The notes under the pieces: generated by a model
What the model was told of the DNA's origin: nothing
The model's database searches: none
The model's input: only the letters and a program-made list of their open reading frames with translations
Translations under genes and position numbers: made by a program
Shown: positions 32,008-47,466 of the stretch, piece after piece
How positions within the stretch are numbered: the first letter of the stretch is position 1
Layout of the letters: every line of letters begins with the position of its first letter
NCBI GenBank assembly: GCA_963724765.1
Contig: CAVRVY010000004.1
Location: 672,001 to 736,000 of the forward strand
Source of the DNA: an uncultured delta proteobacterium
GTDB lineage: Bacteria; Desulfobacterota; Binatia; Binatales; Binataceae
Reading direction: 5' to 3'
DNA length: 64,000 nucleotides

Positions 32008-33591
32008 TCAGCCCGGCGCAGATTCTTTTATCTGCCGATCGAATCCTGGCAGAATGGCGTTGACGAATCCGTTCTGCACGAATTGCACTAATGCTTGCCA
32101 GGTGCTGACATCCGGATTGTTGAGTTTTCCGGACATGTTGACCTTGGTTGCAACCTTTTGGGTGGATGAATTCTTGACTACCTTGGCGGCCGCGCCAATT
32201 TCGAGCTCGTAGGCCTGATGAAGGACCGACTTATTCTTGTCCTTGGCAGGATCATAGACCTTCACATTAGTGAATAAGGGTTTCACGTACCCTGTCATCG
32301 CTCCGCGCCGCACCGTTACTTGCGAGTAGACGGACAGTTGCCCTGCCTGGACGTCGAACCTGCCATAGGCGCGCAAGAGGTTATTTAACGAGGGTAGACT
32401 AGCATCTCGGATCGCGAGATCAAGATCACAGTCGGAACCGGCCTTCTCGGGGCGAAAGTCGCCGCTCACGGTGGTCGCTCCACTATCCATGAACCGGCCG
32501 CGCAAGCCAAAATGCGTTACGCCTTCGCTGAACTGGTTCGATAGGTTCGTTAGCTCAACGTACAAATTCGAGATGAACAGTGTGTAATGAGGGTCCTTGG
32601 CCTGATTGACATAGATCGCCTGGCTATCAACAACCTCGAGCTTGTCGATCTTGACCACGAGTTCCGGCGCATTGCTGATTTCCTTGGTTCCCGCCTTCAC
32701 CTCAGCCACACGGCGGGCTTCCGCGACGGCGGTCGGCGCCGTATGCGTATACCCGAATCGGCCGCCGACAATCCTGGCATCGTAAACTTCAACCCTTTTT
32801 GCCTTCGTTCCGTACTCGACGAACCCATCACTGGCCAGCGTACCGCCCTCTATATTGAAATTGATCCGGCTGAGCTCAGGCTTGAACTGATTGAGCGGCA
32901 CATTCTTCAAATGATAGCTCGCCGCAAGACTGGCTACCGGCTTCGTCAGGAAGTTGGCGTGTCCCTTGATGACCGCCTGTCCCGATTCGAACACAGTCGC
33001 TTCGGCTTGCACGGGCGATGGATACGCTGTGGCGGCCGACCTCGTATTTCGTATGTTACCCGCGGTAACGTAGAGATGTTCCAGTCGAAGCGGGCGGTTC
33101 GGATCGGTGTCCACATAGGTAACGTCCGCATCGTCAACCGTGAACTGGTTGATCTTGAATGGATAAATGCTTTCTATAGCGTCTTGCCAACCTTTCTTGC
33201 TGAATGGCACTTTGTCCGCACGCTCACTGCGCAACTGTATGAGATTGACGCGCAGCCTGGGATGGAACAGAAGCAGATCCGCCACGACATGTCCGGTGAG
33301 CAATTCGCTCCATTGTATTTCGATGATCAAGACTGGAAAGTGCCCCACCGGAGAACGTGCATACGCTTTCTGGATCAGCGTAACGTCGCTCAAAGTGAGT
33401 GCGCCATCGAGTAGCCGTAGATGAGCGCCGGCCACGCGGGTCTCGTAACCCTTCAGTCTCTCATTCATGTTTCGCTCAACCGAGGATCGTACGATCGGAT
33501 CGAGAATGGGCGGCGTCCCCAGAACAATTGCCACGCAAGCAATTAGTGCCACCAACAACGAAAGGGACAATCGTGTATTCCGGACGTTCAT
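32008..33591 (-). CDS. DUF748 (AsmA-like) domain protein
   Basis: N-terminal TM, beta-rich repeats, C-terminal GYVKPLF..ATKV..SG.L.NP.VSTWQA....NGF..AILPGF. Confidence 0.82.
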   Translation of the reverse strand: MNVRNTRLSLSLLVALIACVAIVLGTPPILDPIVRSSVERNMNERLKGYETRVAGAHLRLLDGALTLSDVTLIQKAYARSPVGHFPVLIIEIQWSELLTGHVVADLLLFHPRLRVNLIQLRSERADKVPFSKKGWQDAIESIYPFKINQFTVDDADVTYVDTDPNRPLRLEHLYVTAGNIRNTRSAATAYPSPVQAEATVFESGQAVIKGHANFLTKPVASLAASYHLKNVPLNQFKPELSRINFNIEGGTLASDGFVEYGTKAKRVEVYDARIVGGRFGYTHTAPTAVAEARRVAEVKAGTKEISNAPELVVKIDKLEVVDSQAIYVNQAKDPHYTLFISNLYVELTNLSNQFSEGVTHFGLRGRFMDSGATTVSGDFRPEKAGSDCDLDLAIRDASLPSLNNLLRAYGRFDVQAGQLSVYSQVTVRRGAMTGYVKPLFTNVKVYDPAKDKNKSVLHQAYELEIGAAAKVVKNSSTQKVATKVNMSGKLNNPDVSTWQALVQFVQNGFVNAILPGFDRQIKESAPG

Positions 33592-33916
33592 ATGCGTTGC
33601 GATACTTCGCTTCGTTTCGCGTTAAAAATCGGGCCTCGCGCAACTTATCAGCAGACCTCTTCTTTTTGTTTGCCGGCCGAGCCCCTATCCTTCCTCCCAA
33701 CCGCCATGCACAGTAAGACACTGTCCCGGAATTTCCCCACGCTCATCCAACCGTTACCGGTTGCAGTGCTCGTTCAGCGCCGTCGCTCTAGAGGCTTTCG
33801 GAAAGCGCCTGACGCCCAGGAACGCGGCCAGATACCAGGCGCCTGCCGGGTAAAGAATCAGATGTTTAGACTTATCGAGTTACCAGTCTGCACCCACCAA
33901 CCCTTCTCATGTCACC

Positions 33917-34144
33917 TCACGGCGCGGGTGAGTAAGTGGTGGTCGATCGCTTCTGTATTACGCCAGTTGGTGTTGAAGTCGTTGTGGTTGTTGTAGTTTC
34001 GGATGAGGGAGGCGGTGTCTCAACCGGCGGCGCCACCGTACCATACTCGGTCGTCGTGGTGGTTTCTTTTGTGGCCGTCGGTCCACACCCCGCACACGCA
34101 AATGCCGCGGCCGATATGATTAGGAATAATCTTAGTTGTGACAT
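33917..34144 (-). CDS. Small Thr/Pro-rich lipoprotein
   Basis: ACAGC lipobox, GGAG RBS, ends STTTYSPAP; paralog at 44383. Confidence 0.7.
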   Translation of the reverse strand: MSQLRLFLIISAAAFACAGCGPTATKETTTTTEYGTVAPPVETPPPSSETTTTTTTSTPTGVIQKRSTTTYSPAP

Positions 34145-34203
34145 CTCCGTCTTCTCCCAATAGAACCATCTAACGACAAGCTTTGCGCTTGCGCCGCGCT
34201 CGC

Positions 34204-34410
34204 TTACTTATTTTTACGTGAAGGAACCTTGGCTCCCGCCTTGCGCGCCTCGGACAACCCTATAGCTATTGCTTGTTTGCGGCTTTTCACCTTCTTACCT
34301 GACCGTCCGGACTTCAGTTTCCCCTCTTTCATTTCGTGAACCGCCCGCCCAACCTTGGAAGACGCTTTCTTGCTGTATTGTCGCGACCGAGTTCCTTTCT
34401 TTTTTGTCAT
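34204..34410 (-). CDS. DUF6496 family small basic protein
   Basis: HEMKEGKLKSGRSGKKVKSRKQAIAIGLSEARKAGAKVP. Confidence 0.88.
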   Translation of the reverse strand: MTKKKGTRSRQYSKKASSKVGRAVHEMKEGKLKSGRSGKKVKSRKQAIAIGLSEARKAGAKVPSRKNK

Positions 34411-34771
34411 GTTATTTCACCCTAAGAGTTTGAGGATCAGGCCGGAGGGCCTTCCTATTGCGGGTAACAATCACACCGAGAAGTGACGGGTCCATTCGCC
34501 TTCTCGCAGACGAGATGGACAGCGGCGGATCCGACATCAAGCTGTGCGTGGTGCAAACTTCGTGCTGACAGCTTCGAATGCGCTCTGATGGGCTATCGCT
34601 TGAAGTTACAGAGCATAGTCGCGCTTATTGCGCTAGTGGACCGGGCAAGAATTACGTTGAAGAGTAGATTAGAATAGCTACTTAACCGCCCACGGAACGA
34701 GAATCCTTCGAAAGTCCAGTCCGGCCAAAGATCACACGACTACTAGCTTCGTAGCCTGATGAATTTGGGAT

Positions 34772-36166
34772 TCAGTCCTCTTTGAGATGATTATAGAGAG
34801 TCTTCAGAGATACGCCGAGAATCTCCGCGGTTTTTGCCTTGTTGCCACCGGTAGACTTAAGCGTCTGAACCAGAAGCTCGCGCTTAACCGCGTTCAGCGA
34901 CATGCCCACACGCACATCCAAGATGGGGTGCACCCCATTGCCAGGTTTGACCTCGCTTTGTATTCGAGGCGTAACCTCCCCGGCTATGCCAGGTTTGATC
35001 TCCTCTGGTAAATCTGCCAGCGAGATCATCGGACCACGTGTAACGATAATCGCCCGCTCGATTACATTGCGTAACTGGCGTACATTGCCTGGCCAATGTT
35101 GGGATCTAAGCAGCTCAAGACAGTCAGCTTCCATGCCGATAACAGATTTACCAGCGGACGGAGCAAGTTGCCGCAGGAAATGCTCGATTAGGCTCGGCAA
35201 GTCTTCGGAGCGCTCGCGTAGGGTCGGTAGTTGAATCGTAAAAACATTGAGTCTGTAGTAAAGGTCTTCTCGGAATTTCCCCTCGCGAAGCTGTATTTCC
35301 AGATTGCGATTGGTCGCGGCCAGCACGCGCACGTCGACAGGGATCTCGGTGCCGCCGCCCAAGCGGCGAATCTTCCGTTCTTCGAGGACTCGCAGGAGCT
35401 TCGCCTGCAATTCCGACTTCATCTCCCCGATCTCGTCCAGGAGAAGCGTTCCGCCGGTCGCGAGTTCGAAACAGCCTTCGCGGCGGCGATCAGCGCCGGT
35501 GAACGCTCCGCGTTCATGACCAAACAGCTCGCTCTCCATCAGGGTCTCGGGCAATGCGGCACAATTTATGGCGATGTAGGGACCACGCGACCGTGGCGAA
35601 AGATCATGAATAGTGCGAGCCACCAATTCCTTGCCGGTGCCGCTTTCGCCCACGATTACAACCGATGCAGTACTGGGCGCTACCTGCTCGACCAGCGCCA
35701 TTACGCGGCGCATCGCGAGAGACTGCCCGACCATCGGCCCCAGTTCGCCGGCTTCCATCAGGCGACGACGCAAAAGCTGGTTTTCCTTGCTTACGCTTAG
35801 ATGCGTCCGCAGGTTGTTGAGCAGTACCTCCAGATGATGAGGATCGACCGGCTTGCGCAGATAGTCGTAGGCTCCGAGTTTTATCGATTCGACCGCGTCC
35901 TCGATTTCGCCCTCGCCGGAGATCACGATGGTCGGAAGCTGCCAGCCGTTCGCACGGATTTCACCGAGCACCGCCAAGCCGTCTTTCTTTGGTAATCGGA
36001 GGTCGAGCAGGAGAATCTGCGGGTTGCAGCTTTCAATCAACTGCAGGGCGCGCTCGCCGTCTTCCGCGCTGTCAACGCGATATCCCCAGGACGAGATCAA
36101 CGTCGACCACGCTTCGCGCGCGTCCGCGTTGTCTTCGACGATAAGTACCCTCGTACCGGCTTTCAT
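34772..36166 (-). CDS. NtrC-family sigma54-dependent response regulator (REC-AAA+-Fis HTH)
   Basis: REC; GESGTGKE; intact GAFTGA; LLLDEIGE; FREDLYYRLNV; WPGNVRQL; GNKAKTAEILGVSLKTLY. Confidence 0.96.
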   Translation of the reverse strand: MKAGTRVLIVEDNADAREAWSTLISSWGYRVDSAEDGERALQLIESCNPQILLLDLRLPKKDGLAVLGEIRANGWQLPTIVISGEGEIEDAVESIKLGAYDYLRKPVDPHHLEVLLNNLRTHLSVSKENQLLRRRLMEAGELGPMVGQSLAMRRVMALVEQVAPSTASVVIVGESGTGKELVARTIHDLSPRSRGPYIAINCAALPETLMESELFGHERGAFTGADRRREGCFELATGGTLLLDEIGEMKSELQAKLLRVLEERKIRRLGGGTEIPVDVRVLAATNRNLEIQLREGKFREDLYYRLNVFTIQLPTLRERSEDLPSLIEHFLRQLAPSAGKSVIGMEADCLELLRSQHWPGNVRQLRNVIERAIIVTRGPMISLADLPEEIKPGIAGEVTPRIQSEVKPGNGVHPILDVRVGMSLNAVKRELLVQTLKSTGGNKAKTAEILGVSLKTLYNHLKED

Positions 36167-36362
36167 AGTGTTCGCTAGCGCAGTCGGTTCGCCCGCCGAA
36201 TAACGCGCCGTTGGCGGGTGGCGAGATACCTCTCCGCAATTCTGAACGTGCGATTCAGCGAGGGCTCAAATAATCCGGCCGCCCTCAACGCGCCTCAGCC
36301 ACACACGCCTTCGAGGTTTGTCTTGCGCATCTATTCTCTCCGTCACCGGGCCTTAAGACGTT

Positions 36363-36378
36363 AGCACCAACGATGCCA
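36363..36378 (-). promoter_or_regulatory. sigma54 -24/-12 promoter upstream of the sigma54 activator
   Basis: Minus strand TGGCATCGTTGGTGCT; AT-rich tract and TGTAAAATTTCC ~100 bp upstream. Confidence 0.6.
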
Positions 36379-36520
36379 CACGCTCAGGCGGACAAGTGCT
36401 AATAAAAGTAGCATAAGATGCAGAAAACATCTATTAGCGTGTCACTGGATAGATATGCGGGCCGCGCGAAATTGTAAAATTTCCTTTTCCTCGCCGTAAA
36501 TCTGGCGTAATTTCGTTGGA

Positions 36521-38600
36521 TTACCGGGCAGGCCGCCTGACAGCCGACGTAACATAGTCGACCAGACGGCTCAGGTCTAATGGCTTGACCATACATGCAT
36601 CGAAGCCTTCCTGGAGCGCGCGCCGTGAATGGTGTGGATCGCTCAAACCGGTCAGTGCGATCGATAAAATCCTCCCAGCTTGCTTGGCCGGGTGCTGACT
36701 TAGCGATCGCATCAGCGCAAATCCATCCTGTCCCGGCATCGCGATGTCACTTATCAGCACGTCGGGAACCTGACGCGCGATTTCCGCCAGTCCCTCTTCG
36801 GTTGACTCCGCAGTAGTGGTATCCGCGCCAAGCCTTCGCAGAAGCTCCGCGAGCGCCTCGCGCGAATCACTATGATCTTCAACGACGAGAATCCTGATTC
36901 CCTCAAGCGTCCGCGACAGCGCATTCAGAGTGTGGGAGTCACGCTGCTGCTCGGGTCCGGTTCGCAGAGTCTGCAGCGGCAGCGTCACCGAGAAGGTGGC
37001 GCCTTTGTCGACCCCTTCACTTTCGACTCTGATGGACCCGCCGTGCAGTTCGACCAGCTTGCGCGCTATCGCAAGTCCGAGACCCAGTCCGTAATGTTCT
37101 CTGCTAGTGCTGCTGTCCGCCTGCCTGAACATATCGAACACGAAAGGCAGGAACTCAGCGCCGATGCCCTTTCCAGTGTCACTCACCGTCAAGGTGACGT
37201 CGCGCGCGCCGCGCTCGAGACTGAGGCGGACCCGGCCGCCCGCCGGCGTGAATTTAACGGCGTTGGACACGAGATTCGAAATCACCTGTTGAAGGCGTTC
37301 GGAATCTCCATTGATGCAAAGCGGCGGACCGCTCCATTGCCATTCGACCTGCAGGTTCTTGGCCTCAGCCGCCGGCCGTATCACATCCAACGCGCTGTCG
37401 ATGAGCGGCATCAGGTCGATCGTACGAAGCGTGAGGTGAACCTTGCCCCTGGCGATCCGTGACAGATCCAGGATCTCATCGATCAGCGAGACCTGCAGAT
37501 GAACGTTGCGCTCGATCGTTTCAAGCGCGCGCTTGGACCCGCAAGGATCGAGGTTGCCACTCTGCAGCAGGTTGACCCAGCCAACAATGGCGTTAAGCGG
37601 ATTGCGCAGCTCATGCGACACGGTGGCCAGGAACTCGTCCTTGATTCGATTTGCCGCTTCCGCCTGGAGCAGCGTCTGATTCTCGATCTCTATATCAGTG
37701 GCCGTGAGAATCCAGCCGGTTATCCCTTCGGCATCGTCACGTTGCGGGATACCGCGTCCGAGATGCCACCTGTAGAGGCCGTCGCGTCCGCGAATTCGAA
37801 ATTTGAGTTCGAACTCGCGATGATTGGCGATCGACTCATTCCATTGCTGCGCCAGATGTTCGCGATCAGTCGGATCGACGGTGTTGAGGAGCGCGTCGCG
37901 GGAAACAGCGCCTTGGGGGGCGACGCCTGTATAGGCCAGTGCGCTCTCGTTCCAGTAAACCGGGCGGCCCTGGTTGTCGGTCACCACCACGCACAGCGGT
38001 ATCGCGTCCGTCAGCTTGCGAAACCTGAGATCGCTCTTGCGCTCGAGTGACTCGCGCTCCTGCTGGCGCAAAGCCGAGGCCTGCTGCTTGATGGTCTGTT
38101 CCTTGAGGTAGAGATCGACGAACACGGCCACTTTGCAGCGCAGGATCTCGGGCTCGAAAGGCCTCACCAGAAAGTCGGCGGCACCCCTGGCGTACCCGTC
38201 CAATATCGAAGCCGAATCGGTATCGGCGGCAGTCAGAAAAATTACCGGCGTGGATTTGGCCCGCCATCTGCTCCGCATCAACTCCGCGGTCTTGAATCCG
38301 TCCAGGCCCGGCATGCGGACATCCATCAGAACGACGGCCATTTCCTCGTGGGCCAACAGCTCGATCGCCTGGTGGCCCGACGACGCCTTGACCAATCTAT
38401 GCCCCAGCGGCTCGAGGATCGCCTCGAGCGCGGCCAGGTTGGCCCGGTAATCGTCAACCAGGAGAATGCTTGCTCCCGCCGCCTGCATCGCCTCGCCATC
38501 CGCGCGCGACTTCTGAGTTCTCGACCGGCTCACCCCAGTAATCGACATCGCATCCGCTCCACCGTTAGCACTTGTATGCGTCGCTTTTCGAACGTCAAGG

Positions 38601-38611
<11 letters not shown>
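36521..38611 (-). CDS. REC-PAS-HisKA-HATPase-REC hybrid kinase
   Basis: ILLVDD..NL.ALEAIL..MDVRMPGLDGF; PAS RDGLYRWHL; SHELRNPL; NAVKFT; C-terminal REC; exact start uncertain. Confidence 0.92.
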
Positions 38612-43379
<4,768 letters not shown>

Positions 43380-43859
43380 GTAATCAACTCCTGTGATGAA
43401 ATGCCGTCGGCGTAATGGCGACTTTTACGATACGCGGCCGGTTGCTCGCGCAGCCGGCCGCGCAACCATCGATCCAGGCGCGAAGCCGCTACTGGAAGCG
43501 ATCGCCGGCGTATTCGTATGTCGGGCAGAGTCGGCCCGGACGAACTGTTGCTACTACCGAAAGAAATTGTTCGAAAGTTATTCCCAACTGACGAAATCCG
43601 CCCTGGCAGAAAACGACAGCGTAAAATTCGAGAATCTCGTCTCGTAACGCAGGCGGCAATTCCGAGCGGGCGGGCGCGAGCGGAAATGCACGAACACTCC
43701 CCTGGTGAGCGGCGCAATGAAATCTCCGACTTATCGCTGGCAATGCGTCCCTCGCATCGACAGATCCGCGGGACGCATGCGGCGAAACATTGGCGAAAGA
43801 CGTCGCGCTCAAAGCTTTTTGACCTCCGTTCAAAATGAGATTGCGCAAGCCCTCAGTTG

Positions 43860-43988
43860 AAGGACCGCCGCCCAGAGGCGGCAGTCGACTGAAAGCAGCC
43901 GACTGAAAGCAGCCGGCTGAACGAAGGGAGGGAAGAATTTCATTCGAAAATAGTCCGCGGTGTCAGGCTTCTCCTTGGATTATTGGCA
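43860..43988 (-). ncRNA. Candidate sigma54-dependent sRNA or structured leader
   Basis: Downstream of promoter 43999-44014; UUCUUCCCUCCCUUC tract, three 14-nt palindromic repeats and a GC hairpin. Confidence 0.35.
43881..43922. repeat. 14-bp tandem repeat x3 with internal palindrome
   Basis: GCAGTCGACTGAAA GCAGCCGACTGAAA GCAGCCGGCTGAAC. Confidence 0.8.
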
Positions 43989-43998
43989 GCCAGCCTGC

Positions 43999-44014
43999 AG
44001 CAATAGCTGTGCCG
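43999..44014 (-). promoter_or_regulatory. sigma54 -24/-12 promoter
   Basis: Minus strand CGGCACAGCTATTGCT; AT-rich region upstream. Confidence 0.7.
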
Positions 44015-44289
44015 AATTTTGTGCCATTAGCGATACATTGATTCTTGGTGCGCTTTACGGTGATTAATGTTGAGGATTAGCAGAATATTTTTTAATACAC
44101 AACGAATCAAGTTCGATTCGGTAAATTTTACATTACAATAAATTGTAGAAACTCGTTGTCGAATATTTCACTAACGGGAACTTTTGGACCAGCACGGCAC
44201 TGGTAGGTCCTCTCGTTCGCTCGAACGCGGCTGAATGGTGAGACGCTAGAGTAGGAACATTATACGAATACGAGCTCGGCGCCCTCGCC

Positions 44290-44360
44290 TGGACGGCCGA
44301 CTCGCTTTCAGCGCAGAGTTCAGAAAAAAACCACTTTGCTTACCGCGAGTCGGCCGTTCA
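44290..44360 (-). other. 16-bp stem, large-loop hairpin 3' of lipoprotein gene
   Basis: TGGACGGCCGACTCGC...GCGAGTCGGCCGTTCA. Confidence 0.6.
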
Positions 44361-44382
44361 ACCGTCAGCTCGTCGATCTGGA

Positions 44383-44598
44383 TTACGGGTTATAGGTCGT
44401 GGTCGAATGCTGCCGCACGCTTCCATCGTCGGACTGCGTGGTGGTACTGGTCGTGCTGGTCTCACCAGGCGGCTCCGAGGGCACCACCTGAGCCGGCGCT
44501 TCGCTGGTGGTGGTTCTGTGATAACTGAAGCATCCGCTCGCCAGAATCATTGAAAGGCCAGCAATAGCCAGAATCGTCTTGTGCATAACGTGTTGCAT
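44383..44598 (-). CDS. Small Thr/Pro-rich lipoprotein
   Basis: LASGC lipobox, GGAGGAGG RBS, ends STTTYNP. Confidence 0.72.
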   Translation of the reverse strand: MQHVMHKTILAIAGLSMILASGCFSYHRTTTSEAPAQVVPSEPPGETSTTSTTTQSDDGSVRQHSTTTYNP

Positions 44599-44688
44599 TA
44601 TTTACTGAGTAACCTCCTCCATGTAATTCCTTCCGCGACGGCTGAATGAAGGAACTTCGATTTCAGATCATCGCTTGGCTCATAGGAA

Positions 44689-44704
44689 TGCAGTAGTCGT
44701 GCCA
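44689..44704 (-). promoter_or_regulatory. sigma54 -24/-12 promoter
   Basis: Minus strand TGGCACGACTACTGCA. Confidence 0.7.
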
Positions 44705-45121
44705 CGCCCGAATGACAGCAGCGCGCGAAAATCAACAGTTACCGTTCAGATTTGTTAGACGTCTTATTTTGTGAATCTCGCGCTTTAAACCTACTCGCAT
44801 GCTTATGTTATCGTTACAAACCTACCGATCACCGTTCTTCTCGTCCTCTTTTGATACCGTCGCGGAACAAATTTTTCACATGGGCCGCGTCCTGGAACTT
44901 GAGTAGCTCCGCATACGAGAATTTTCGCAGCCTGTTTCGAACAAGCGTCGAAGAAGCTCGAAATGGCGAACCAGCATATCGCCTTCGAGGCTCGAACATT
45001 CTATGCCGCCGTTAGCGGACCGGCTGCGCGGGGCAGGAGCAGCCTCCAGTGAACGACCGCTGCCGGCGGCGCTCTATGTTTGAATCGATGACGGTCTGGG
45101 AGAGATAGTCGCGCAGATGCC

Positions 45122-45544
45122 TCAATCGCGATGCTTGGAATCGGCTGGGGCGCTCGAAATCAGGCCGACGTGACGGCCGAACATCTGCCAAGCGCCATCG
45201 CGCCTGACCCATGCGTTCATATAACTGCAGAACAGCACCGTGGCGGCCGCAGGTCCTTCGAGTTGCGAGGTCTCGTTGCCAGTAGTGACAACAGTGTCGC
45301 CGTTTATCGTGCCTCGCAGAGTAAGCCGTATATAGGATCTCAAACGAAGCCGCCCATCGGCGATCACGCCGAGAAGTATTTTTTTGTCCGCGATCAGATT
45401 TGAGGTACTATTCACCAGTAAATCGTCAGACCATAGCGCGCTCAGGGCCGTAACGTCGGCGCGCAGCATCGCGTTTGCTTCTCTTTGTTCCAAATCCTTT
45501 ATTTCCTTCCAAATTTCCGGCTCAGACGATTCGACGTCAAACAT
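45122..45544 (-). CDS. NTF2-like/DUF4440 protein
   Basis: AMLRADVTALSALWSDD..GDTVVTTG..YMNAWVRRDGAWQ. Confidence 0.8.
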   Translation of the reverse strand: MFDVESSEPEIWKEIKDLEQREANAMLRADVTALSALWSDDLLVNSTSNLIADKKILLGVIADGRLRLRSYIRLTLRGTINGDTVVTTGNETSQLEGPAAATVLFCSYMNAWVRRDGAWQMFGRHVGLISSAPADSKHRD

Positions 45545-45640
45545 GGGGCGGCCTCTTGATTATTCGAGTTCGGGACGAACCGTAAAGAGAATACCGTCCT
45601 GCCAAATTAATGGAGTTTAATGATCCACGCAGGCTAACCA

Positions 45641-46039
45641 TCAGGTTGTCGACAGCGAACCATCGGAGTCTGCGCGACGCGCCAGTAGACGATCCATGAC
45701 GCGCAGGAGACGCTTCAAGTCGATAGGTTTTGCGATTAGGGCATCGGCATCGATCTTTGCCGAGTCCGCAAGCGCAGTCATGACCACGATCGGCACGGTC
45801 GCAAAAATCGGAAGCTTGGCGATTTCGGCACGAAACTCCCATCCGTCCATACCCGGCATCATCAGGTCGAGGATAATCAGATTCGGTGGCGGATGAGTGT
45901 CTAGGTATTCAAGCGCCTCGCGCCCGTCAAGGGCAGTCGCGACTGCGTATCCCTCGTACTCCAGGATCTGCGCGAGCGCTGCAACGGCGTCGGCATTGTC
46001 GTCGACGACCAGGACGGTAGGACCGGCTTTCAAAGTCAT
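45641..46039 (-). CDS. Single-domain response regulator
   Basis: VLVVDD..IILDLMMPGMDGWEF..VVMTA..KPID. Confidence 0.92.
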   Translation of the reverse strand: MTLKAGPTVLVVDDNADAVAALAQILEYEGYAVATALDGREALEYLDTHPPPNLIILDLMMPGMDGWEFRAEIAKLPIFATVPIVVMTALADSAKIDADALIAKPIDLKRLLRVMDRLLARRADSDGSLSTT

Positions 46040-46236
46040 CTCACGAAACTAAGCGATTCAGGGTCATCCTGGGCGGCTCCGCGCCCGACGATAGCGCAGT
46101 AAACGGCGCCGGCAAAGCGCGAGTCAGTATTCGCCACGATGAAAAATCTATTCGAAATTCCGGCTTTGCGCCACGCCGCCAGGATGTTTCGCGAGAGCGG
46201 CGCTCCACTGTGGCCCTTACGACATCCCGGCCTGGA

Positions 46237-47212
46237 TCATACCTCGATCCGGCCGGCGGCGTTTCTCCGGTATTCCCTGGCCAGGTCTTTGAGCCATGAA
46301 GGGCGGGATTTCAAAGTTTGTAGAGTATCGATGAGGCGCTCCGGTTCTCCGAGGTCGCTCCACTGAACGTCGTCGACCATCTGCACTGCGAGGTTTGACG
46401 GCGCCTTGGAAAGTACCTGTTCGGAAAACCCGACCGTCTCCAGCTTTCCAAACATAGCATCAGAGGCTTGTTCTTGTCGCCAGATTGCACTCGACTCAGG
46501 CCGTCGTTAAAGCGGCGGACCAACTCTGGCGCATGCTCCGCGATCATCGCTTCAAGCACCGAGGCGCGGGCGACTACGACAGCACTGTTCCAGAGGCACC
46601 CGCCGGCAAGGAGAGTGCGGGCCAACTCCCAGCGGGGCTTTTCCCAAAATCGTTTGACCCGGAAGAGCTTGGGCGTCCACGACGACACCCGCGCCGCCGG
46701 CTCAATCCATCCGTACGACGTTTCGGCCTTATCCGGTCTAATGCCAAGCAGCACTGAGAGCGCCGGATGCTCGTCAACCGCATCGAATGCGCGCTCGACC
46801 TGCCGCATGAACCGGACGTCGTCGCTGACGTAATGGTCCGAAGGAAAAATGGCTATGGTAGTGTCGGGCCCGAGACTCTTGGCTCTAAGGATTCCATAAA
46901 GAATGGCCGGCGCAGTTCCGCGGTCGCATGGCTGCGCAACGATTTGCGAACGCCGCAGGTCTCCCAAAAGCGGCTCGTAGAAGCGACGATGGCTCTGCTT
47001 CACGACGATGAAGGAGCGCTCGACCGGTACCAGTTGGGCCACCCGGTTCCTCGTGTTTTCCAACCACGTTACGCCGTCCATCATCGGACAGAACTGCTTC
47101 GGCACATCGTCCTGACCGGTGATAACCGAGTAACGGAGCTTATACGAAGTCCCTCGCCGCCGGCAAGAATTACCGCAGCGCGAGCCGATGAGGTGGAAGT
47201 TGATGAGCGCAT
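46237..47212 (-). pseudogene. Mannose-1-phosphate guanylyltransferase-like nucleotidyltransferase, two frameshifts
   Basis: AGGAGG RBS, ATG 47212, AVILAGGEG.R | shift ~47125 | PKQFC..RGTAPAI..FPSDH..YGWIEP..FWEKP..LWNS | shift ~46474 | FSEQVL..WSDLGEPER. Confidence 0.85.
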
Positions 47213-47235
47213 GTTGTTCGGGCCTCCTGTTTGGA

Positions 47236-47251
47236 AGCAACGAGGGTGCCA
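47236..47251 (-). promoter_or_regulatory. sigma54 -24/-12 promoter
   Basis: Minus strand TGGCACCCTCGTTGCT, consensus match. Confidence 0.7.
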
Positions 47252-47466
47252 CGGCCGCACTTTCGTTCAAAAGCTAAAAGTTTCTGAACCTCGAACTCAC
47301 GGATGGCATTTCGTGCAACGGTAAAAACGCAAATCGATGACTTTTTGTCACGTGGCGGGCAGTTTTTTCAAGTTCACTTGAACGCCAGGCGCGGCTGCGC
47401 TCGGAGCCAAATGAGACCGCTGACTTGTATTCTGGGGGGAGAGCGAGTCCAGATGAACTGGATTAA

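Noticed and set aside
34550-34566. sigma54-like CAGCACGAAGTTTGCA (minus) upstream of DUF6496
   Set aside because: -24 element is AG rather than the near-invariant GG; plausible but not counted
43881-43922. Possible CRISPR or REP array
   Set aside because: 14-bp units are directly adjacent without spacers and are not seen elsewhere in the window
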